A DNA stretch of 41,384 nucleotides from NCBI GenBank assembly GCA_964396505.1, contig CAYNFJ010000001.1:1-41384 (forward strand), in the 5' to 3' direction. Numbering within the stretch: the first letter of the stretch is position 1; every line of letters starts with the position of its first letter. Under the pieces are notes generated by a model. That model was not told where the DNA came from and did no database searches. It was given only the letters and a program-made list of their open reading frames with translations. This stretch comes from an uncultured Polaribacter sp. (GTDB taxonomy: Bacteria > Bacteroidota > Bacteroidia > Flavobacteriales > Flavobacteriaceae). Below, in pieces: positions 1 to 8,269 of the stretch. Made by a program: the position numbers and the translations under genes.

Positions 1-2381
1 ACGAAAGTCCCACTACTTTTGATATTACAGCAGAAGCAGTGGAATATTATCATTGTAACGGTGCAAACCAAGAATTGATATTTGAAGACTTTGAAGATGC
101 AACTGTAACTTATACGACAACGGTAACCGAATCAACAGATAATGCTTATAATTATTTTGTAAGATATGACGGATCAAATATTGGCTCTAATGTTACATAC
201 AACAATATGCAAGGCAATGGATATTTTGGTGCACAAGATATTGATGATGCTACAGGTACTTCATCGGCTATTTATTTACAATTTAATAATATTGATATTA
301 GCAAAATGTCTAATTTAAAATTTAGTGTTTATTTAGCAGAAGATGACGCAAGCGATGGACATGAAGACTGGGATGCAGATACTAATTTACATATTGCTTA
401 TCGTGTTGACGGTGGTAATTGGGTCAATCTGTTATGGGTTGAAGCGACCAACGGTACGAATTCTGAACCGGCTATTGATAATGATTTTAATGGCGTAGGT
501 GATTTAGGTAGCGAAATAACCGATAGTTTCCAAATATTTGAAAGAAATATAAGTGCAATCGGAGGTACACTAGATATTTCATTCAAATTTTACAAACTTG
601 ATGCCGGAGATGAAGATATAGCTATTGATAATGTTAAATTAATAGGAGATAAAGCAACCATTTGGGACGGCACAACCTGGTCAAACGGCACACCTACCGA
701 AACCTTAAAGGCGGTTATCAACGGCGATTATGATGCTACAACAGCTATTCATACGTGTGAATGTCAAGTAAAATCCGGTAAAACCTTGACTGTAAAATCC
801 GGTAATTATCTTTTGGTAGAACAGGATATTCATAACGAGGGGAACATCGTCGTGGAAAATGAAGGATCTATCGTTCAATCCAATCCATCGGCCAATAACG
901 ATGGTGCGGGTACTTATAAGATTATCAAACACACCCAAACCTATGCCGAATATGACTATACCTATTGGTCCAGTCCTACGGATGGAGAAACGATTGGAAA
1001 TGTGTTTAATACAAATAGCAGCCTGATAGCCGGCTCTTCTACCAACTCCGATGCTAACAGTCCGGCTGATCATATTTATAAATTGGATACTGCCAACTTT
1101 AACGATACAAATCCTGTTGACACCTTTGATGATGAAGGCGATGATTGGGTTGCCGTAAATGCGGCTACTGTTATGGAAAAAGGAAAAGGCTATATTGCGA
1201 TGGGTGCCGGTGCTGATTTTCCCTTTGATCCGGCTAATATAGCCACCGGTTTACAACAGCAAGTCTTTTTTAATGGAGCAATTAATAATGGGGATATCAG
1301 TATTGCCGTAGTAGAGGATAATGATAATGCGGACAATTTTACCAATCAAAATTTAATTGGTAATCCATATCCGTCGGCTATTGATATCCTTAAACTGACC
1401 GATACTAATTCCACTGTATTAGATGGTACTTTCTATCTGTGGACTCACGATTCGCCCATTAGTACCGCAAACCCCGGTCCCGATGCCTATAATTTTAAAA
1501 ATGATGATTATTCTACGATGACTGTCGATGTAAATGCCGGAACCGTGAGTGTCGTAAATGGAAGTAATGGAACCGGAGCAAATCGTTATGTCGCTTCAGG
1601 ACAAGGCTTTTTAGCAAATGTGTCGCAAGCCGGTAACGTAACTTTTAACAACAAAATGCGTGTAACAGGAGACAACAATCATTTCTTACGTCAAGCCAAC
1701 AGACAGGAGGTCAGTATAGACCGGGTTTGGTTAAATATGACTAGAGAAGATCAAGGAATCTATCGACAAGTTTTGGTAGGTTTTTATGATACTGCTACAG
1801 ATGATTACCAAAATGGGCAAGACGGGCAACGAATGGAAAATGGCAATAACACCGATTTTTATTCTGTGATATCCGGTGACAATAGGCGTTTTGCTATTCA
1901 AAATCTTGCCACCTTTAACGATACCAAAACCATTCCCCTAGGAATCGAAATCATCGAGGCCGGTACTTATCAGATTGATATAGACCACAGCGAAGGCGTC
2001 TTTGCCCAAGGACAAAAAGTCTATCTGGAAGACACCCAGCTGGGTATTATCCACGATTTTGCCAACGGAGCCTATGAATTTAGCAGTGAAGTAGTCGATA
2101 ATGATATTCGTTTTGTCTTACGCTTTACCAACGATGCACTAGGGGTAGATGATAGTGTAATCAATCGTGTAAATGTATATCCCAATCCGTCAAATGGTCT
2201 GTTCCTAATATCCATTCCTCAAGGAACAGCGGTAAGTACACAGGTTTATGATATTACCGGAAAACAAGTATTACAAACTACCGGAATACAACTGGATTTA
2301 AGCAAATTTACCAAAGGAGTTTATTTTGCCAGATTGACAATCAATGGTGTACAAACCGTCAAAAAATTGGTAGTAAAATAA
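1..2381 (+). CDS. T9SS-secreted cell-surface protein, 5' partial
   Basis: The frame is open from base 3 to the window edge. The GTG at 39 is followed by MEYYHCNGANQ with no signal peptide, so the true start lies upstream of the window. The last ~75 aa (VNVYPNPSNGLFLISIP...GVYFARLTINGVQTVKKLVVK) fit the Bacteroidota type IX secretion C-terminal sorting domain. The body is Asn/Asp/Thr/Gly-rich and beta-type. Confidence 0.85.
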   Translation, partial: ESPTTFDITAEAVEYYHCNGANQELIFEDFEDATVTYTTTVTESTDNAYNYFVRYDGSNIGSNVTYNNMQGNGYFGAQDIDDATGTSSAIYLQFNNIDISKMSNLKFSVYLAEDDASDGHEDWDADTNLHIAYRVDGGNWVNLLWVEATNGTNSEPAIDNDFNGVGDLGSEITDSFQIFERNISAIGGTLDISFKFYKLDAGDEDIAIDNVKLIGDKATIWDGTTWSNGTPTETLKAVINGDYDATTAIHTCECQVKSGKTLTVKSGNYLLVEQDIHNEGNIVVENEGSIVQSNPSANNDGAGTYKIIKHTQTYAEYDYTYWSSPTDGETIGNVFNTNSSLIAGSSTNSDANSPADHIYKLDTANFNDTNPVDTFDDEGDDWVAVNAATVMEKGKGYIAMGAGADFPFDPANIATGLQQQVFFNGAINNGDISIAVVEDNDNADNFTNQNLIGNPYPSAIDILKLTDTNSTVLDGTFYLWTHDSPISTANPGPDAYNFKNDDYSTMTVDVNAGTVSVVNGSNGTGANRYVASGQGFLANVSQAGNVTFNNKMRVTGDNNHFLRQANRQEVSIDRVWLNMTREDQGIYRQVLVGFYDTATDDYQNGQDGQRMENGNNTDFYSVISGDNRRFAIQNLATFNDTKTIPLGIEIIEAGTYQIDIDHSEGVFAQGQKVYLEDTQLGIIHDFANGAYEFSSEVVDNDIRFVLRFTNDALGVDDSVINRVNVYPNPSNGLFLISIPQGTAVSTQVYDITGKQVLQTTGIQLDLSKFTKGVYFARLTINGVQTVKKLVVK

Positions 2382-2392
2382 GCATCTAACCC

Positions 2393-2423
2393 GTACCGCC
2401 GTGATTTGAAGTCACGGCGGTAC
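2393..2423 (+). terminator. Stem-loop downstream of the T9SS cargo gene
   Basis: Perfect 12-bp stem GTACCGCCGTGA / TCACGGCGGTAC with a 7-nt loop, 12 nt after the stop codon. It is GC-rich in an AT-rich context. The trailing TTAATAC is only weakly T-rich. Confidence 0.6.
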
Positions 2424-2553
2424 TTAATACAAGAGAGTAGCCGAGCTAACTCACCGAATCAAAAACGGCGTACACGATTTTAATAGCCATTTATATTAAA
2501 TCCCTTTGTATTTATGGATTTTCGGTTGAATAACTGCCCTAACGCCACAGCAA

Positions 2554-2679
2554 ATGCCTATGATAAAATGGATCAAGAATAATACATTACTATTTTATTG
2601 TATTCTCATGGTAGTAATTACAGGTGCATTGCTCCTGGTATCTCTTTACTGGCAGAGCTTATATTGTGGCTGTAATTAA
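2554..2679 (+). CDS. Hypothetical small membrane peptide (41 aa), unannotated
   Basis: My own translation gives MPMIKWIKNNTLLFYCILMVVITGALLLVSLYWQSLYCGCN. It has a basic N-terminus, one predicted TM helix and a Cys-rich tail. It is below the 60-aa cut-off of the supplied ORF track and sits alone in a 425-bp intergenic gap. I recognise no homology. Confidence 0.25.
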   Translation: MPMIKWIKNNTLLFYCILMVVITGALLLVSLYWQSLYCGCN

Positions 2680-2753
2680 TCAAAAATCGTGTGACTCTTT
2701 AAAAAAAGAAAAAATAAAAGGTGGTTTCCTTGACAACCCCCTACCGGATGTTG

Positions 2754-2761
2754 TATATTTG
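2754..2761 (+). promoter_or_regulatory. Candidate Bacteroidota -7 promoter box for queA
   Basis: TATATTTG matches TAnnTTTG and lies 46 nt upstream of the queA ATG. A TTGACA-like TTG lies about 25 nt further upstream. Confidence 0.5.
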
Positions 2762-2806
2762 CACGCTTTTTTACCATATTTTAAACACTAAATCCTAAGC
2801 ACTTAT

Positions 2807-3856
2807 ATGAAATTATCACAATTTAATTTTGAATTACCCAGAGAACTCTTAGCGGAATACCCTGCCGAAAACAGAGATGAGGCTCGATTGATGGTCGTTC
2901 ACAGAGATACCGGAAAAATAGAACACCGTCTTTTTAAAGACCTAATAAATTATTTTGACGATGGAGACTTGATGTTATTGAATAATACCAAAGTTTTTCC
3001 CGCCAGATTAATCGGAGAAAAAGAAAAAACCGGCGCCCGAATAGAAGTTTTTTTATTGCGGGAACTCAATGCCGACAATCGTCTTTGGGATGTATTGGTA
3101 GATCCGGCCAGAAAAATCAGAATTGGAAACAAATTATTTTTTGGAGAAGATGAAAGCCTGGTTGCCGAGGTAATTGACAATACGACTTCCCGAGGAAGAA
3201 CACTCCGATTTTTATTTGATGGAGATCACGATGAATTTATAGCCAAACTCAAAGAATTAGGTAGAACACCCCTGCCAAAATATATCAAAAGAGAACCCAC
3301 CGAAGAAGATAAAGAACGCTACCAAACCATCTATGCCAAACACGAAGGCGCCGTAGCAGCCCCTACTGCCGGTATGCACTTCTCCAAGCACTTGATGAAA
3401 CGCTTGGAAATAAAAGGGATTGAATTTGCAGAATTGACACTTCATGTGGGCTTGGGGACTTTTAGATCGGTAGAAGTAGAAGATTTATCCAAACACAAAA
3501 TGGATTCAGAAAGGATCATTATTCCTGAAGAAGTTGCCGATAAAGTAAACCGTACGAAAGACAAAAAAAACAAAGTAATTGCCGTAGGAACTACGGTGAT
3601 GCGGGCAATAGAAAGTTCTGTTTCTTCTGATCACAAATTGAATCCAGTGGATAAATGGACGCACAAATTTATCTTTCCGCCCTATGAATTTAGTATAGCC
3701 GATGCGATGATAACCAACTTCCATACACCCAAATCTACCTTGATGATGATGACCGCCGCTTTTTGCGATTACGATTTATTGATGAAGGCTTATAAAGAAG
3801 CTGTAAAAGAAAAATACAGATTCTTTTCTTATGGAGATGCGATGTTAATATTATAG
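2807..3856 (+). CDS. queA: S-adenosylmethionine:tRNA ribosyltransferase-isomerase
   Basis: 349 aa. The N-terminus [31 protein letters not shown] and the C-terminus [10 protein letters not shown] are typical of QueA over its full length. Confidence 0.95.
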   Translation: MKLSQFNFELPRELLAEYPAENRDEARLMVVHRDTGKIEHRLFKDLINYFDDGDLMLLNNTKVFPARLIGEKEKTGARIEVFLLRELNADNRLWDVLVDPARKIRIGNKLFFGEDESLVAEVIDNTTSRGRTLRFLFDGDHDEFIAKLKELGRTPLPKYIKREPTEEDKERYQTIYAKHEGAVAAPTAGMHFSKHLMKRLEIKGIEFAELTLHVGLGTFRSVEVEDLSKHKMDSERIIIPEEVADKVNRTKDKKNKVIAVGTTVMRAIESSVSSDHKLNPVDKWTHKFIFPPYEFSIADAMITNFHTPKSTLMMMTAAFCDYDLLMKAYKEAVKEKYRFFSYGDAMLIL

Positions 3857-3870
3857 TTTAAAATAACAAT

Positions 3871-3910
3871 AAAAAAAGCCTGTTAATCTTTTGATTAACA
3901 GGCTTTTTTG
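3871..3910. terminator. Bidirectional intrinsic terminator between convergent queA and tsf
   Basis: AAAAAAA-GCCTGTTAATC-TTTT-GATTAACAGGC-TTTTTT: an 11-bp perfect stem flanked by an A-run and a T-run, so it reads as a terminator on both strands. Confidence 0.85.
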
Positions 3911-3925
3911 TATTTCTAATTATAA

Positions 3926-4897
3926 TTAGGCTAAAGAAACACGTTTAAAACCAACAACCTCAACATCACCATAAGTCTTCACATAATCGGCTACGCTTTG
4001 TTTACTATCTTTGATAAAAACCTGGTCTAACAGACATTGCTCCAAATCCAAAGTAGTATTATCGGCAATAAAACGTTCCATTTTACCGGGTAAGATACGA
4101 TCCCAAATTTGTTCGGGTTTTCCTTCTGCTTTTAATTCTGCTTTCGCTTGTTCTGCTGCTTTGGCAAGAACGGCATCAGTCAATTGTTGTCTAGAGATAA
4201 ATTGAGGTACATTTTTAAGTGTTTTACCCAATCTACCCAATTCGATGTTTTCCTTTTCGATGGCAGCGATTCTAGCTTCTGTTTCAGCAGCAATATAGGC
4301 CGGGTCAAAATCTTTGTAAGTCAAAGTCGTGGCACCCATAGAGGCAACTTGCATCGCTAAATCTTTCGTCAAGATATCCGCTTTGTCAATAGGATTGGAA
4401 ACACCGACAATAACGGCAATTTTATTCCCTACGTGAATATAGGAACCTACATACGGAGCTTCAAGACGTTCAAAACCACCTATTTCAATTTTTTCACCAA
4501 TCACACCGGTTTGCTCGATTACTTTATCAGCAACGCTCATACCGTTTTCAAATTCGGATGCCAAGAAAGATTCTTTATCTTTAGCATTCAAAGCCAATTC
4601 GGCAAATTTTTGAGCCAAAGCGACAAAATCGTCATTTTTAGCAACAAAATCGGTTTCACAGTTTAGGGATACCACCACTCCAACTGTTTTATCGTTATTT
4701 ACACAGGCTATTGCAGCACCTTCAGAGGAATCTCTATCGGCTCTTTTGGCAGCTACTTTTTGCCCTTTTTTACGTAAGACTTTAATGGCTTCATCAAAAT
4801 CGCCTTCGGCTTCTTTCAATGCATTTTTACAATCCATCATACCGGCACCGGTCATTTTACGTAATTTACTTACTTCTGCAGCAGTTATTTTAACCAT
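3926..4897 (-). CDS. tsf: Translation elongation factor Ts
   Basis: 323 aa. The N-terminal UBA-like segment is LRKMTGAGMMDCKNALKEAEGDFDEAIKVLRKKG. The gene lies 28 nt downstream of rpsB, the classic rpsB-tsf operon. Confidence 0.96.
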   Translation of the reverse strand: MVKITAAEVSKLRKMTGAGMMDCKNALKEAEGDFDEAIKVLRKKGQKVAAKRADRDSSEGAAIACVNNDKTVGVVVSLNCETDFVAKNDDFVALAQKFAELALNAKDKESFLASEFENGMSVADKVIEQTGVIGEKIEIGGFERLEAPYVGSYIHVGNKIAVIVGVSNPIDKADILTKDLAMQVASMGATTLTYKDFDPAYIAAETEARIAAIEKENIELGRLGKTLKNVPQFISRQQLTDAVLAKAAEQAKAELKAEGKPEQIWDRILPGKMERFIADNTTLDLEQCLLDQVFIKDSKQSVADYVKTYGDVEVVGFKRVSLA

Positions 4898-4925
4898 TGT
4901 ATTTTATTTATAATCGTGTTAATAT

Positions 4926-5708
4926 TTATTCTTTTGTTTCTTCAGCTACTTTATTTTCAACAGCTTTGGTTTCTGCTTTAGCTTCTTTGGATTTATCAAC
5001 TGTTTTTCTTTCTTTAGAAGCTTTTTTCTCAGCCAAACCTGTGGCGATTGCAGCAGTCAAATAACTCAAAACTTTATCAATTGATTTGGTCGCATCGTCA
5101 TTAGATGGAATCACATAATCAATAGGTCTGGGATCGGAGTTGGTATCGACCATCGCAAAAATCGGAATATTTAATTTAGAAGCTTCTGCCACGGCAATAT
5201 GCTCTTTTTTAATATCCACTACTATGATAGCGCCGGGTAAACGGGTCATATCGGAAATAGAGCCCAAGTTTTTTTCCAATTTGGCTCTTTGGCGGTTGAT
5301 CTGTAGTTTTTCTCTTTTGGACAATGCTTCAAAAGAACCGTCTTGTTTCATTCTGTCAATACTGGACATTTTCTTTACGGCTTTACGAATGGTTTGAAAG
5401 TTGGTCAACATACCGCCCGGCCATCGTTCTGTAATATAGGGCATATGCACGCTTTCTGCATTGGTAGAGATAATTTCTTTGGCTTGTTTTTTAGTAGCCA
5501 CATACATAATTCTACGACCTGAAGCAGCAATTTTCTTAAGAGCTGCGGCAGCTTCTTCCATTTTTGCTGCGGTTTTGTACAAGTCAATAATATGAACACC
5601 GTTACGCTCTGAGTAGATGTACTGCGCCATATTAGGATTCCATTTACGAGTCAGGTGGCCAAAGTGTACCCCTGCATCGATTAGTTCTTTAATGTCAATA
5701 TTTGCCAT
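4926..5708 (-). CDS. rpsB: 30S ribosomal protein S2
   Basis: Homology begins at MANIDIKELIDAGVHFGH (ATG at 5708). The 12 extra codons in the ORF track (to 5744) look like upstream read-through. The Lys/Glu-rich C-terminal tail is common in Bacteroidota S2. Confidence 0.93.
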   Translation of the reverse strand: MANIDIKELIDAGVHFGHLTRKWNPNMAQYIYSERNGVHIIDLYKTAAKMEEAAAALKKIAASGRRIMYVATKKQAKEIISTNAESVHMPYITERWPGGMLTNFQTIRKAVKKMSSIDRMKQDGSFEALSKREKLQINRQRAKLEKNLGSISDMTRLPGAIIVVDIKKEHIAVAEASKLNIPIFAMVDTNSDPRPIDYVIPSNDDATKSIDKVLSYLTAAIATGLAEKKASKERKTVDKSKEAKAETKAVENKVAEETKE

Positions 5709-5832
5709 TTTTAAAAATTGATTTACGTTCCGTTGAGTTAGCAATACCAGAGTAGCAAATTGTTTGGTCTCTCGTATTTGGATGCTAAATTAATTTCAAC
5801 AATAACTGATTAATATATAATTTGAATTGAAA

Positions 5833-5893
5833 CTATTTCGATTTACAACGGTTCTGATGTATATGCTGTACAACCAATAATAAATCGAAATAG
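5833..5893 (-). terminator. Long stem-loop downstream of rpsI (probable rplM-rpsI terminator, or part of the rpsB 5' region)
   Basis: 13-bp perfect arms CTATTTCGATTTA / TAAATCGAAATAG separated by 35 nt, starting 12 nt beyond the rpsI stop. On the minus strand it is followed by TTTCAATTCAAATT. Confidence 0.5.
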
Positions 5894-5904
5894 ATTGTAC
5901 TTGT

Positions 5905-6291
5905 TTAACGTTTTGAGAATTGGTATTTCTTACGGGCTTTTTTCTGTCCGAATTTTTTACGTTCTACCATACGGGAATCACGAGTTAGTAATCCCTCGGG
6001 TTTTAAGATAGCTCTGTAATCCGGATTGATTTCGGATAAGGCTCTTGAAATAGCCAATCGGATAGCTTCTGCTTGTCCTTTGACCCCACCGCCTTTGACG
6101 GTTATTTTGATGTCGTATGTTTCCACATTATCGGTCAACGATAAAGGTTGCATTACTTTATATTGTAGCGTCGCAACAGGAAAATACGTATTTAGTTCTT
6201 TGTTATTGACAACAATATTCCCTTTACCTTCTTGTAAGAAAATACGGGCGACGGCCTTTTTTCTACGACCTATTTTATGTATTACTTCCAT
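5905..6291 (-). CDS. rpsI: 30S ribosomal protein S9
   Basis: 128 aa ending in the basic tail KKARKKYQFSKR. It lies immediately downstream of rplM with a 1-nt gap. Confidence 0.96.
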   Translation of the reverse strand: MEVIHKIGRRKKAVARIFLQEGKGNIVVNNKELNTYFPVATLQYKVMQPLSLTDNVETYDIKITVKGGGVKGQAEAIRLAISRALSEINPDYRAILKPEGLLTRDSRMVERKKFGQKKARKKYQFSKR

Positions 6292-6292
6292 T

Positions 6293-6748
6293 TTATTTCA
6301 AATCGTTTAGGTTACACAATGTGGGTTTTTGTGCTTCTTGTTTGTGTTCTGAACCCACATATACATATAGGTTTCTAAATAAAGCACTTCCTAATTTGTT
6401 TTTAGGTAACATTCCTTTTACTGCTCTTTCGATCAAGCGAGTAGGGTCTTTATCAAACATTTCTTGAGCTGATAAAGAGCGTTGTCCTCCGGGATAGCCG
6501 GTGTGACGAATATAGGACTTGTCACTCCATTTTTTTCCGGTTAAAACGATTTTTTCTGCGTTGATGATGACGATATTGTCACCACAATCTACGTGCGGGG
6601 TGTAATTGGGTTTGTACTTACCTCTGAGAAGCATAGCAACTTTTGAAGCTAAACGGCCCAATGTCTGCCCGTCCGCATCAACCAACAACCATTCTTTATT
6701 CACGGTTTTTTTGTTAGCCGATACTGTTTTGTAACTCAATGTATTCAC
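6293..6748 (-). CDS. rplM: 50S ribosomal protein L13
   Basis: 151 aa with an L13-typical N-terminus (KEWLLVDADGQTLGRLAS), in the conserved rplM-rpsI arrangement. Confidence 0.96.
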   Translation of the reverse strand: MNTLSYKTVSANKKTVNKEWLLVDADGQTLGRLASKVAMLLRGKYKPNYTPHVDCGDNIVIINAEKIVLTGKKWSDKSYIRHTGYPGGQRSLSAQEMFDKDPTRLIERAVKGMLPKNKLGSALFRNLYVYVGSEHKQEAQKPTLCNLNDLK

Positions 6749-6814
6749 TACTATTGGTTTTTTGTGTTAAAATAATAAATTTACTAATCGTACTCTTCTT
6801 TTCAAAAGAGTGTG

Positions 6815-6822
6815 CAAAAGTA
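6815..6822 (-). promoter_or_regulatory. Candidate -7 promoter box for rplM-rpsI
   Basis: Plus-strand CAAAAGTA is TACTTTTG on the minus strand (TAnnTTTG), about 67 nt upstream of the rplM ATG. The leader contains a 6-bp hairpin ACTCTT/AAGAGT. Confidence 0.45.
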
Positions 6823-6838
6823 GTAATTTTTCTACAAT

Positions 6839-6873
6839 AAAAAAAGCGTAATTGCTTTTTATCACAATTACGC
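6839..6873 (-). terminator. Intrinsic terminator of kbp/ygaU
   Basis: On the minus strand: 9-bp stem GCGTAATTG/CAATTACGC, 10-nt loop, then a 7-nt T-run (plus-strand A-run 6839-6845). It lies about 70 nt downstream of the stop at 6943. Confidence 0.75.
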
Positions 6874-6942
6874 TGCTATTTACTTATTTTATTGTTTATC
6901 AGTAACTAACAAATGTATCTGTGCTACTGACAAAATTAGTCA

Positions 6943-7398
6943 TTAAGCATCTAAAACAGGAATACGCAAAACCTGCCCGGGATAAATTAAATCCGGACTT
7001 TTTAACATAGGTTTGTTCGCTTCAAAAATAATGGGATAGCGCATCGCATCTCCATAATATTTTTTAGCGATTTTACTTAAAGAATCTCCACTGACAACTG
7101 TATGAAACTGCGCTTGTGGCTCTTCTATCGCAACGGTCATTCTATCATCTACATTGGCAATTCCCTCGGTATTTCCTAATACCAATACTACTTTTTCACG
7201 TGTTTCTTGTGAATCGGCTTCACCCCAAACAATAGCGGTATCACCTGACACCTCAACATTCATATCCACTACTTCAAACCCCAATTTTTCTACGGCATCA
7301 ACAAGTGCATTGGCTTTGTCAAATGATTCTTCTTCAGTGGTTTTTCCGATACCAAACACTTTAGCACCTGCATTTTTAATAAATGAAAATAATCCCAT
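6943..7398 (-). CDS. kbp: BON + LysM domain potassium-binding protein Kbp/YgaU
   Basis: From the internal ATG, MGLFSFIKNAGAKVF... resembles E. coli Kbp, whose N-terminus I recall as starting MGLF. The tail IFEANKPMLKSPDLIYPGQVLRIP closely matches my recollection of the E. coli Kbp LysM tail (from memory, not checked). The 14 upstream codons in the ORF track are unlikely to be translated. Confidence 0.9.
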   Translation of the reverse strand: MGLFSFIKNAGAKVFGIGKTTEEESFDKANALVDAVEKLGFEVVDMNVEVSGDTAIVWGEADSQETREKVVLVLGNTEGIANVDDRMTVAIEEPQAQFHTVVSGDSLSKIAKKYYGDAMRYPIIFEANKPMLKSPDLIYPGQVLRIPVLDA

Positions 7399-7866
7399 AA
7401 TCTTATTTTTTAAGTTTATAATAATACAAAGGTGCGGCATTTTTACGTAAAAACAAAATTTTATTAGCTGCTCTCACCGTTTTTATTAAAATATCTCGGC
7501 GTAAATAAAATATTCCCATGAACCTAAATCCGGTTGATTACTGGTACAAAATCAGTAAATTATCTCTGTGCTATTTATTATATCTAGAGCTTTAATGAGT
7601 GTCTGTTCTCGGGTTAAAAAAAATTTGGCACTCATCTTGCAATAGAATACAGGAGCCAAACCGATTGGATTTCGATTTAAAAAAACAGTCTTTTTTTGAT
7701 AATTGTAATCTTATCCGGAGTAAAATAACTATTCGAAATAGTTAATCAGAATTAAAAATCCTTGCTAAACAAGGAAATTAGTAACAAATATGGGTTGAGA
7801 ATACACTTTTTTCATCGATTAATGCATAATAAATCGAAAATTAAATTTGTTTTTACAAAAGTTTCT

Positions 7867-7874
7867 TATTTTTG
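7867..7874 (+). promoter_or_regulatory. Candidate -7 promoter box for acpP
   Basis: TATTTTTG (TAnnTTTG) lies 31 nt upstream of the acpP ATG. A second match, TAAATTTG, is at 7842-7849. Confidence 0.4.
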
Positions 7875-7904
7875 CCCCATAATTAATTAAAAACCTTTAC
7901 AATT

Positions 7905-8141
7905 ATGTCAGACATTGCATCAAGAGTAAAAGCCATTATCATAGATAAATTAGGCGTTGATGAAAACGAAGTTACCATGGAAGCGAGTTTTACCAACGAT
8001 TTGGGCTCAGACTCATTGGACACTGTAGAATTAATCATGGAATTTGAAAAAGAATTTGATATTCAAATCCCGGATGATCAAGCTGAAAACATTGCGACCG
8101 TTGGTCAAGCAATTTCTTTTATCGAAGAGGCTAAAAAATAA
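7905..8141 (+). CDS. acpP: Acyl carrier protein
   Basis: 78 aa with the phosphopantetheine attachment motif [16 protein letters not shown]. Confidence 0.97.
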   Translation: MSDIASRVKAIIIDKLGVDENEVTMEASFTNDLGSDSLDTVELIMEFEKEFDIQIPDDQAENIATVGQAISFIEEAKK

Positions 8142-8158
8142 ATTTTTATACTCACATC

Positions 8159-8196
8159 AAAAGCTATGGTTAATTTAATTTTCCATAGCTTTTTTT
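8159..8196 (+). terminator. Intrinsic terminator or attenuator between acpP and fabF
   Basis: AAAAGCTATGG - 13-nt loop - CCATAGCTTTT followed by a T-run. A partial terminator at this position is common in acpP-fabF loci. Confidence 0.8.
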
Positions 8197-8269
8197 GTTT
8201 GTGAAAAATAGCTACCTTTACATCATAACAATACTGTAATTTTTAACAGATAATAATATATTGAATCAT

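Noticed and set aside
1-20. GAAAGTCC at the window start resembles the RNase P RNA CR-I core (GGAAAGUCC).
   Set aside because: It is only an 8-nt match. It lies in frame within the open T9SS cargo reading frame (ESPTTFDITAEA...), and none of the other RNase P conserved regions follow.
5709-5744. N-terminal extensions in the ORF track for rpsB (to 5744), kbp (to 7440), fabF (8261), the SPOR protein (22936), truA (30384), the M1 peptidase (36278) and the small feoB-associated ORF (to 33185).
   Set aside because: In each case family homology or the signal peptide begins at a downstream ATG. Where visible, the TAnnTTTG promoter box lies inside the proposed extension.
5709-5832. Possible ribosomal-protein autoregulatory leaders upstream of rpsB and rplM (hairpin ACTCTT/AAGAGT at about 6792-6811).
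   Set aside because: I cannot match either region to a described S2 or L13 leader by eye, and the structures are short. This needs a covariance-model search before any call.
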